Shown in pieces: positions 23,476-31,113 of a DNA stretch of 32,000 bases (position 1 is its first letter; each line of letters starts with the position of its first letter). Both the position numbers and the translations under genes were made by a program. Below the pieces are notes generated by a model that saw only the letters and a program-made list of their open reading frames with translations, had not been told where the DNA came from and made no database searches. This DNA comes from Candidatus Korarchaeum cryptofilum OPF8 (GTDB taxonomy: Archaea > Korarchaeota > Korarchaeia > Korarchaeales > Korarchaeaceae): contig NC_010482.1 in NCBI RefSeq assembly GCF_000019605.1, forward strand, positions 1,020,001-1,052,000. Direction: 5' to 3'.

Positions 23476-24377
23476 ACGTCCTAGTGTTCAGTCACTATTT
23501 CGAGTTAGCTAAGGAGCTGATATCTGCAGGGAGCAGGGTTGGTGATGTCTCCCTCCTCCTGAGTTCGGATCAGAGGGATAGGGAGGGGGAGGTCAAGGGA
23601 GCTAGGAGAGTTATAATATGCGATGTGAGCTCCGATGATCAGTCGGGACTCCTCAACGCTATAATATCCCTAGCTAAGGATTATGATCTGCTCATATTTT
23701 CGAGCGATAAGAGGGGTAGGGAGCTAATAGGACAGGTAGCGCAGAAGCTGGAGAGAGCTGTCGCCACAGAAGTCTCATCCCTGAGCTTGAGCAATGGTAA
23801 GCTCATAATAGAGAGGATGACTTACGGTGGAAAAGCGATTTCTGTGGAGGAGCTTTCCCTACCTGCCGCCATCAGCATTCAGAAGGGCAAATTCAAGCCT
23901 CTAGATGCTGATTCAACGCATGAGACCTTGCATTGCAAGTTCGAGGCCGCGAGGTCTTACGAAGTAGTGGAGAGGAGGCCTAAGCCGAAGCTAGGGATAC
24001 CTCTAGATAAGGCTGATGTGGTGGTTGCTGCAGGAAGGGGCTTCAAGAGGAAGGAGGACTTGAAGCTCGCTCAGGAGCTAGCTGAACTTTTCAACGGCGT
24101 AGTAGGGTCCACGAGGCCCCTAGCAGCTGACCTCAAGTGGGTGCCCGAGGAATCTTGGATAGGGATAAGCGGGGTCAGGATAGCTCCGAAGCTCCTCTTC
24201 GTCGTAGGAGCATCGGGACAGCAGCAGTTTTCAGCGGGTATAATTGATTCTAAAGTGATAGTTGCCATAAATAATGATCCTGGAGCCCCAATATTCGAAA
24301 ACTCTGATTATGGTATAGTGAAGGATCTTTATGAGTTTCTCCCAGCTCTAATAAAGAGGCTAAGGGAACTCAGGTGA
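23472..24377 (+). CDS. etfA: Electron transfer flavoprotein alpha subunit
   Basis: 301 aa. The FAD-binding C-terminal half is VVAAGRGFKRKEDL...GSTRPLAADLKWVPEESWIGISGVRIAPKLLFVVGASGQQQFSAGI...IVAINNDPGAPIF. Confidence 0.93.
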   Translation: MNVLVFSHYFELAKELISAGSRVGDVSLLLSSDQRDREGEVKGARRVIICDVSSDDQSGLLNAIISLAKDYDLLIFSSDKRGRELIGQVAQKLERAVATEVSSLSLSNGKLIIERMTYGGKAISVEELSLPAAISIQKGKFKPLDADSTHETLHCKFEAARSYEVVERRPKPKLGIPLDKADVVVAAGRGFKRKEDLKLAQELAELFNGVVGSTRPLAADLKWVPEESWIGISGVRIAPKLLFVVGASGQQQFSAGIIDSKVIVAINNDPGAPIFENSDYGIVKDLYEFLPALIKRLRELR

Positions 24378-24381
24378 TAGT

Positions 24382-25557
24382 ATGTTAGGCGATGTATTCA
24401 TCGTTAGCTTCGCTAGGACACCCATAGGGAAGTTCGGAGGTGCCCTATCTAAGATGACCGCTCCTCAGCTAGGTGCCGCAGCTATAGAGGCTGCTGTCAG
24501 GAGGAGCGGATTGGAGCCCAGCGATGTGGATGAGGTGATAATGGGGAACGTTTTGCAAGCGATGGTAGGCCAGAATCCAGCTAGGCAAGCAGCTATAATA
24601 GCTGGTATTCCCAAAGATGTCCCCGGATTCACCGTGAATAAGGTATGCGCCTCCGGAATGAAAGCGATAGCGCTAGCTGCCCAGAGCATAGCTCTCGGGG
24701 AGAACAGGGTAGTAGTAGCCGGGGGGATGGAGAGCATGAGCAACGCTCCCTACGCTCTACCTCCGCAGTGGAGATGGGGGGTGAAGTTCTCCTTCGCTGG
24801 GGAGAAGTTGATAGATTTAATGGTCTACGATGGCCTCACGGATCCCCATACAGGCCTTCTGATGGGGGAGGAAGCTGAAGAAACTGCGAGGAAATGGGGA
24901 ATATCTAGAGAGGAGTGCGATGAGTTCGCGGTCTCCAGCCATATGAAGGCTAAGGAGGCGACTGAGAGAGGGTACTTCGCTAGGGAGATGGAGAGGGTGA
25001 GGGATGCCCCTATAGAGAGCGACGAAGGTATAAGGCCCGATACTAGCATAGAGAAGGTAGCTAAACTTAAGCCAGCTTTCAGACCAGATGGAGTTATAAC
25101 AGCCGCTAACGCATCTCAGATAAGCGATGGGGCAGCTGCTCTAGTCCTAGCCCATAGGGAGATAGTGGAGGAGAGGGGTTTGGAACCAATAGCCAGGATA
25201 ATAGGATTCTCCTCAGCCTCCTTAGAGCCAAAGGATTTCATAGAGGCCCCCATAATCTCAACTAAGAAGTTGCTGGATAGAATAGGGATGGGAATAGATG
25301 AGTTCGATATAATAGAGCATAATGAGGCCTTCGCCCTAGCCACTCTGGTAGTTGCTAAGGGGCTGGAAATACCTCTAGAGAAGCTGAATCCATTTGGAGG
25401 TGCTGTAGCCCTGGGCCATCCTTTAGGAGCGAGCGGAGCTAGAATAGTGGTAACTCTGCTTAACGCTTTGAGGATAAGGGGGAAGAGGAGGGGCTTAGCT
25501 ACGATATGCCACGGGGGAGGGGGAGCCCAGAGCATGGCTATTGAACTGGTGAGATGA
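24382..25557 (+). CDS. Acetyl-CoA C-acetyltransferase (thiolase II type)
   Basis: 391 aa. The active-site Cys context is VNKVCASGMKAI, with NEAFA and C-terminal GLATICHGGGGAQSMAIE. SD AGGTGAT overlaps the etfA stop. Confidence 0.93.
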   Translation: MLGDVFIVSFARTPIGKFGGALSKMTAPQLGAAAIEAAVRRSGLEPSDVDEVIMGNVLQAMVGQNPARQAAIIAGIPKDVPGFTVNKVCASGMKAIALAAQSIALGENRVVVAGGMESMSNAPYALPPQWRWGVKFSFAGEKLIDLMVYDGLTDPHTGLLMGEEAEETARKWGISREECDEFAVSSHMKAKEATERGYFAREMERVRDAPIESDEGIRPDTSIEKVAKLKPAFRPDGVITAANASQISDGAAALVLAHREIVEERGLEPIARIIGFSSASLEPKDFIEAPIISTKKLLDRIGMGIDEFDIIEHNEAFALATLVVAKGLEIPLEKLNPFGGAVALGHPLGASGARIVVTLLNALRIRGKRRGLATICHGGGGAQSMAIELVR

Positions 25558-26175
25558 ATGGTCCTAGTAAAGGTTTATGGGAGGCTTTCAGATCTTTTAG
25601 GATTCAGAGAAAAGAAATTGGAATTTGATGGAAGCCTAAAGGAGCTATTAGAGAGATTAGGAATAAAAGAGATCGAAGGGATAAATGTAGCTGTGAATCA
25701 TGAGCTTAAGAGAGATCTCTCCACCGAGGTCCGCGGGGAGGATCTCGTAGCCATATTCCCGAGCTTTGCGGGAGGAAGCACGGGGGTAGTAAGGGAGAGG
25801 ATATCTCCCGAACCTTTCCTCGAAGCCGGATATGGGGATGTAGGAGCTGTGGTCGCATTCCTCGGGATTGTGAGGAGGGAATCTGAGGAGGGTCAGGTCG
25901 ATAAGATATTCTACGATTGTTACCCGGAGATCGCTGAAAGGGAGCTTATTAGGATCAGGGAAGAAGCTATAAGGAGGTTCGGATTGAGGGATGCCCTTAT
26001 ACTCCATAGAGTGGGCGAAGTGCCGGCGGGCGATATCTCACTCTTCGTCCTGACCAAGTCCGCACACAGGAAAGAAGCTTTTGAAGCCGCGGGATGGATA
26101 GTAGATGAAGTCAAGAGGAGCGTTGCCATATGGAAGAAGGAGATCTTCTCAGATGGAAGGGAGAGGTGGGTTTAA
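25558..26175 (+). CDS. moaDE: Fused molybdopterin synthase: MoaD-like (aa 1-73, ending FAGG) joined to MoaE (aa ~74-205)
   Basis: The N-terminal ThiS/MoaD beta-grasp ends VAIFPSFAGG (GG = nt 25771-25776). It continues without a stop into MoaE motifs: GAVVAFLGIVRRES, ILHRVGEVPAGD, SAHRKEAFEA, IWKKE. Confidence 0.85.
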   Translation: MVLVKVYGRLSDLLGFREKKLEFDGSLKELLERLGIKEIEGINVAVNHELKRDLSTEVRGEDLVAIFPSFAGGSTGVVRERISPEPFLEAGYGDVGAVVAFLGIVRRESEEGQVDKIFYDCYPEIAERELIRIREEAIRRFGLRDALILHRVGEVPAGDISLFVLTKSAHRKEAFEAAGWIVDEVKRSVAIWKKEIFSDGRERWV

Positions 26176-26199
26176 TTACCAGAGCCGGAGGGGGGCTCG

Positions 26200-26637
26200 A
26201 TGATAGATATAACGGACAAGCCTCCCGCATATAGGGAAGCGATAGCTAAGGGAAGGATAAGGCTCAGGAAGGAGACTATAGAGAAGATAAGGGCTGGAGA
26301 AGTGAAGAAAGGAGATGTTCTGACTGTAGCTAGAGTTGCAGCTGTCCAATCCGTCAAGGAAACCCCTAAGATCATAATGCTGTGCCACCCGATACAAGTA
26401 ACTTCAACGGATGTCGACTTCAGGCTGGGTGAGGATTACATCGAAGTCAGCGTGAGGGTGAAAGCCATAGCTCAGACCGGGGTGGAGATGGAAGCCCTCG
26501 CTGCCGTCTCCTCGGCCCTCCTCAATATATGGGATATGGTCAAGTATCTGGAGAAGGATGAGAGCGGGAACTACCCTCATACTAAGATAGAGGAGATATT
26601 CGTGGAGAGGAAGGTGAAATCCGTTGTTGATAGATAG
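26200..26637 (+). CDS. moaC: Cyclic pyranopterin monophosphate synthase accessory protein MoaC
   Basis: 145 aa. KGDVLTVARVAAVQSVKETPKIIMLCHP and TGVEMEALAAVSSALLNIWDMVK are canonical MoaC. Confidence 0.93.
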   Translation: MIDITDKPPAYREAIAKGRIRLRKETIEKIRAGEVKKGDVLTVARVAAVQSVKETPKIIMLCHPIQVTSTDVDFRLGEDYIEVSVRVKAIAQTGVEMEALAAVSSALLNIWDMVKYLEKDESGNYPHTKIEEIFVERKVKSVVDR

Positions 26638-27556
26638 GTGGGGAAGGCCCGTCACTGATCTGAGGATATCTGTCACGAATTCTTGCAATTACAATTGCTT
26701 CTTCTGTCACAGGGAGGGGCATTACGTTAGGGGAGAGGAGATGAGACCAGAGGAGATAGGAAGATTGATGAGGGTTCTCTCGAAGCACGGTGTTAAGAGG
26801 GTCAAATTGACTGGAGGAGAGCCCCTCATGAGGAGGGATCTGGAGGAAATAGTGAGTGAGCTCAAGTCCTCTGGAGCGGAGGAAGTGAGCTTAGTCACGA
26901 ACGGTTACTTCCTAGTCGAGAGAGCCAGGGGCTTGAGGGAAGCGGGGCTCGATAGGATAAATGTGAGCCTTCATTCCCTAAAGAGAGATGTATATGAGAG
27001 GATAACTGGCGTGGATGGTCTGGAGAGAGTGCTTAAGGGCATAGATGAGGCCCTTCTATGGGGATTGAATCCTATCAAACTGAACTTCACCGCTCTCAAG
27101 GGGATAAATGAGGGGGAGCTTTGGGATATAGTGAATTTTGGGAGGAGGAAGGGGCTGAAGGTCCAGCTGATAGAACTTCTCGATCCCACTAGTGAGTACT
27201 ACTTTCCCCTCGAAGATTTCGAGAGGGAGCTTGATGGAGTCGCCCTGAGGAAGGAGGTCAGGGATTTCCAAAATAGGCCTATCTTCGAGCTCGATGGAGT
27301 TACTGTGGAGATAGTTAAGGGTAGCGGAAATCCATTACTCTGCATGGGATGCACCAGACTCAGGGTGACAGCGGAAGGATTTTTCAAAACATGCATATCT
27401 AGGGAGGATTCCCTAATTGACTTCATAAGCGTTATGAGGAATGGAGGAAGCGATGAGGAGATTTTTGAGGCATTCAAAAAATCCGTCAGATTGAGGGAAC
27501 CTTTTCACAAGCTTCCCGGATCCTCTCCCAAATACGATGATGTCCTTGAAGTCTAG
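26624..27556 (+). CDS. moaA: GTP 3',8-cyclase MoaA (radical SAM)
   Basis: 310 aa. DLRISVTNSCNYNCFFCH (CX3CX2C), LTGGEPLMR and the C-terminal cluster CMGCTRLRVTAEG are present. TTG start overlaps moaC by 14 nt. Confidence 0.92.
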   Translation: MLIDRWGRPVTDLRISVTNSCNYNCFFCHREGHYVRGEEMRPEEIGRLMRVLSKHGVKRVKLTGGEPLMRRDLEEIVSELKSSGAEEVSLVTNGYFLVERARGLREAGLDRINVSLHSLKRDVYERITGVDGLERVLKGIDEALLWGLNPIKLNFTALKGINEGELWDIVNFGRRKGLKVQLIELLDPTSEYYFPLEDFERELDGVALRKEVRDFQNRPIFELDGVTVEIVKGSGNPLLCMGCTRLRVTAEGFFKTCISREDSLIDFISVMRNGGSDEEIFEAFKKSVRLREPFHKLPGSSPKYDDVLEV

Positions 27557-28110
27557 AGATCCTCCATAACCAACCCTAGCTCCTTAGCTAGCTTCATCGA
27601 TTCTAGCTGAGAGCTCTTCAGTATATCATCCACATCGTAACCCAGCTGCTTGTAGTATATAGCCATCCTCCACGTGGCCATGAGGTCAGCTAACCTCGCG
27701 ATCTTAGCTTCATCCGATTTCATGAGCGAATATTCCTTCAAAATCATCTTAATCTCCTCGGGAAGACTCATATTTGAGATAGCTTCCTCCTCAAGCACCC
27801 TCTTGTTTATCCTCTCGCTGGCCCACTTCGGCAGATCCCCGCAGAGTCCCTCATGTATGTCATGGACAACTATCATCTTAAGTACCTTAGCTTCATTAAA
27901 AGCCTTCCCAGATGCTCTCATTTTTGGAAATAAATCTAAAGCTATAAGGGAAGCTATGAAAGTATGCTGAGCCACGGTCTCAGATATAGCTGCGGGTATG
28001 CCCGACTGCATCCAGCCGGTCCTAGCCAGCCATAGGACCCTCATCCCCTCGTCCACGAGCACCTTCGACACCCGATTCGAGTGGCGAGCGTGTTCATTAA
28101 AAACTTTCAA
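27553..28110 (-). CDS. HD-domain phosphohydrolase (YfbR-like 5'-nucleotidase family, COG1896)
   Basis: 185 aa. RTGW...ETVAQHTF (His) and VVHDIHEGLCGDLP (HD...D) fit the YfbR-type HD motif set. Confidence 0.8.
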   Translation of the reverse strand: MKVFNEHARHSNRVSKVLVDEGMRVLWLARTGWMQSGIPAAISETVAQHTFIASLIALDLFPKMRASGKAFNEAKVLKMIVVHDIHEGLCGDLPKWASERINKRVLEEEAISNMSLPEEIKMILKEYSLMKSDEAKIARLADLMATWRMAIYYKQLGYDVDDILKSSQLESMKLAKELGLVMEDL

Positions 28111-28276
28111 TGGAGTGGCGTGTTGTTTATTTTATTCATTCCGATATAATATTTATGATTTTAATACGAATATCGATATTAGCTAGCTTCATTGCGACGA
28201 GGGGCTACCGAATAATTTTTAAGTAGAGGGGTAGCTTGACAGTATCGTACTCTCATGATGCCAAGGAGGAGACCGC

Positions 28277-29179
28277 ATGACAGTACTGAATGAATCCGTC
28301 GGATCCCTCAGGCAGAGGGAGAATGAGCTCAGGCAAATGCTCTCTAAGCTCAAGGAGGAGAGAAGGTCGTTAATTGAGGAGTTAAAACAGCTCAGAGCGA
28401 AGAGGTTCGAGCTAATAGACAAGGTGAGGAAGGAGAGGGAGAGCTTCAGAGAGGCCGTTGAGAGAAAGAGGAAAATGCAGGACGATCTTGAGAGAATAAG
28501 GAATGAGAGAAGGGAAGCCCTTGAAAGATTCAAAGAAGTGAGGGATGAAGTGATCAAGCTCAAGGAGGAGTATAAGTACCTCGTGAGTTCCGTTGGCATT
28601 CCAGAGAAGGTCCTGAGGAGAAGGATAGCGAGATTGGAGAGGAGGATAGAGACATCTCCGCTTAACAGGGATCAAGAGAGGGATATAGTGATGCAGATTA
28701 GCCAGTATGAGGCGATGTTGCAGAATCTAAACAGAGCGAAATCCCTGAAGAGGAAGATACTTGAACTAATGACGGAGATGGAGAAATGGAGGTTCTTCGT
28801 CAGGGACGCTGGGGAAAGGATTGGGAAGATAAAAGAGGAGCTAAATAAAGTATATGATGAAATAACTAGCAGGAAGGAAGCTCTAGAGAAGATGAATAAA
28901 GAGATAGATGAACTTACTGAGGAGATAAAGAAGAGAAGTGAAAGAGTGGATAAACTGAGCGAGGAAATTGAGAAAATAAGAGCAGATATGATGGGGATCC
29001 AGGAGGAGATAAAGAAGAGATTTGAAGCAACTTTGGCTAGCAGCAAAGAAGCCGAGAAGAAGATAAAAGAGAAGCTTGCTGAGGAGGCATTGGAGAAATA
29101 CAGAGGGGGAGAGAAGCTCTCTATAGAGGAACTCAAGCTTCTCATAGAGATGGGTCTCCTCGAGAAACCTCCCAGCTGA
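28277..29179 (+). CDS. Archaeal coiled-coil protein of unknown function (COG1340-like)
   Basis: 300 aa, almost entirely E/K/R/L heptad-like sequence. GGAGGA SD 7 nt upstream. The antisense ORFs over it are Ser/Leu-rich mirror artefacts. Confidence 0.8.
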   Translation: MTVLNESVGSLRQRENELRQMLSKLKEERRSLIEELKQLRAKRFELIDKVRKERESFREAVERKRKMQDDLERIRNERREALERFKEVRDEVIKLKEEYKYLVSSVGIPEKVLRRRIARLERRIETSPLNRDQERDIVMQISQYEAMLQNLNRAKSLKRKILELMTEMEKWRFFVRDAGERIGKIKEELNKVYDEITSRKEALEKMNKEIDELTEEIKKRSERVDKLSEEIEKIRADMMGIQEEIKKRFEATLASSKEAEKKIKEKLAEEALEKYRGGEKLSIEELKLLIEMGLLEKPPS

Positions 29180-29211
29180 TCTTTTTATTTTTGAGGGTGA
29201 TATAAAAACTG

Positions 29212-30294
29212 ATGGAAGAGGAAAGAGTGCTTATAGTCTGCGTGGATAGGGATAATGATCTAGGGGTTAAGACAGGGATAAAGGGTCCAGTGATCGGAAG
29301 GGAGGCCAATCTTGAAGCGGCATCAAAACTAGCTCTCGCTGATCCTACGGAAGCTGATGCAAATGCCATTTTCGGGGCTATAAAGGTATATGATGAAGCT
29401 AGAGCCATATTTCCGGGATCCACTCGGGTCGAGATCGTCACGATAACTGGAGATGAGGGGAAGGAACTTCAAGCCGATGAGGAGATAAATAGGCAGATGG
29501 ATGAAGTTGCGAGGATATTTAAGCCAACAAGTATAGTCTTAGTCTCTGATGGAGCTGATGATGAGCTCGTGATCCCTATCCTAATGAAGTATGCCCCTAT
29601 AAGGAGCGTTAGGAGAGTGATAGTCCAGCAGAGCAGGGAGATAGAGCACACTTACATATTGATAAAGAGATACTTTGAGAAACTCATGAGATCCCCTTCC
29701 TCCAGATCCATAGTTCTCGGTTTACCTGGCGCTATTCTCATTTTATACGGCCTCTTCTCACTCATAGAATTCCAGAAGTACTTGTACATAGGGATATCAA
29801 TATTAGCAGGTCTCTTCTTCCTCGAGAAAGGGTTCTCGCTGAAGGAAGCGATAATGAGGGGGATAAGCTACTTCGGCAGGCATGTAGGCTTCTCCTCTCT
29901 CATAATCGGACTGATAGGCCTCTTCCTCACGATATCCTTATCTTACACTAGAGCGCTGTCCCTGGCCTCTCAAGGCTATCCGATGGAGCTGATAATAGCC
30001 AGATTGCTCCAGGAAACGAGTAGCTTTCTAGCCCTATCCCTAGCTATTATGTTCTCGGGTAGCTCCATTGAGAGGGCCGCGGAGAGGAGGATAGACTCAC
30101 TGGAGAGGCTCATGGTCACGGGCATCATAATATCGTTCTGGATAGCATTTTACTCAATAGGTCAGTATTTGGAGGGAATAATAGGGCTCTTGGGCTTAAT
30201 GATAGATCTTTTAGGCGCTTTAATCGTCGCCATCTCTTCCTTCATCCTCACCCTCAGGCTCAGCGAGGTCCTCAGGGGAAGAGGATGGAAGTAA
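29212..30294 (+). CDS. DUF373-family membrane protein (COG2237-like)
   Basis: 360 aa. The soluble N-terminal domain is VLIVCVDRDNDLGVKTGIKGPVIGREANLEAASKLALADPTEADANAIFGAIKVYDE. It is followed by about 6 TM helices. Confidence 0.82.
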   Translation: MEEERVLIVCVDRDNDLGVKTGIKGPVIGREANLEAASKLALADPTEADANAIFGAIKVYDEARAIFPGSTRVEIVTITGDEGKELQADEEINRQMDEVARIFKPTSIVLVSDGADDELVIPILMKYAPIRSVRRVIVQQSREIEHTYILIKRYFEKLMRSPSSRSIVLGLPGAILILYGLFSLIEFQKYLYIGISILAGLFFLEKGFSLKEAIMRGISYFGRHVGFSSLIIGLIGLFLTISLSYTRALSLASQGYPMELIIARLLQETSSFLALSLAIMFSGSSIERAAERRIDSLERLMVTGIIISFWIAFYSIGQYLEGIIGLLGLMIDLLGALIVAISSFILTLRLSEVLRGRGWK

Positions 30295-30747
30295 GATGTA
30301 CTGATCGCAAGCTTTCTTCAATGCGACACTGAAACCGGGCTCTGCTCCTATTATCATCACCTCCTTCCCAGATTCCTTCGCCTTATGTATTAGGGGCATG
30401 TAGGCGGCGCTCCTAGCGGCCATAATGATCATATCTATTTTCTCATCATTTATAGCTTCCATGCAAACTATGGAGAAATCAACCTCAACTTTCCCCGTGG
30501 AGATCAATGGTTTGAAGCCGGCGTTCGTTACAGCTTCAACTAATTTCTCAGGAGCCTTCCTATCTAGCACGACGACAGCTAATCTTATCCTCCCTTCCCT
30601 CTCAGCTAATTTCCTGATTTCTTCCAAATCTGTGCCCAATTCCTTCCTCAGCATATTTGGCCCATCTACTATTACTGCTAGCTGCTTTGTCTTTTTCCTT
30701 TTGACTCCCTTCAGTACCTTCATTTTCTCTGGTGTGAGGGGATGCAT
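30220..30747 (-). CDS. NYN/LabA-like PIN-fold protein (COG1432-like), predicted RNase-type domain
   Basis: 175 aa. LAVIVDGPNM (first acidic motif), VDFSIVCMEAI and IIMAARSAAYMPLIHKAKESGKEVMIIG match the LabA/NYN layout. An acidic 22-aa tail overlaps the DUF373 3' end. Confidence 0.8.
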   Translation of the reverse strand: MHPLTPEKMKVLKGVKRKKTKQLAVIVDGPNMLRKELGTDLEEIRKLAEREGRIRLAVVVLDRKAPEKLVEAVTNAGFKPLISTGKVEVDFSIVCMEAINDEKIDMIIMAARSAAYMPLIHKAKESGKEVMIIGAEPGFSVALKKACDQYILLPSSSPEDLAEPEGEDEGRDGDD

Positions 30748-30786
30748 TTACTTAAATAGGCTACGTTCAGGGAGAGGGGGGTCTGT

Positions 30787-31113
30787 ATGTTCTGCCCTAA
30801 ATGCGGAACCCTCTTGAGACCTAAGAAGGCCGGAAAGAGGTTAATATATTACTGTCCGAGCTGTGGATACGAGAGTGAGAGCCCTCCGAAGGGAAATTCG
30901 CAAGTCATCACGAAGGTGACATCGGAGAGCGGTGATGTTATAATAGAGGAGGAATCTGAGAAAATATCTGCGCCTGTTGTTGAAGCGAGATGTCCTAAAT
31001 GTGGTAATGATAAAGCTTACTTCCAAATAGTGCAAACAAGAGCGGCAGATGAGCCCCCTACTAGAATATACAAGTGTACGAAATGCGGTTACTCCTGGAG
31101 GGAGTACAGTTAA
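30787..31113 (+). CDS. tfs: Transcription elongation/cleavage factor TFS (RpoM/TFIIS-like)
   Basis: 108 aa. The N-terminal Zn ribbon is CPKCG...CPSCG. The C-terminal ribbon is CPKCGNDKAYFQIVQTRAADEPPTRIYKCTKCG, with the catalytic acidic DE loop intact. Confidence 0.93.
   Translation: MFCPKCGTLLRPKKAGKRLIYYCPSCGYESESPPKGNSQVITKVTSESGDVIIEEESEKISAPVVEARCPKCGNDKAYFQIVQTRAADEPPTRIYKCTKCGYSWREYS

Noticed and set aside
28219-29145. Long minus-strand ORFs (28219-28599, 28412-28675, 28672-29145) encoding Ser/Leu/Phe-rich proteins.
   Set aside because: They are antisense shadows of the GAG/AAG/AGG-rich coiled-coil gene. Their low-complexity composition mirrors the E/K/R codons, and they have no start context or motifs.
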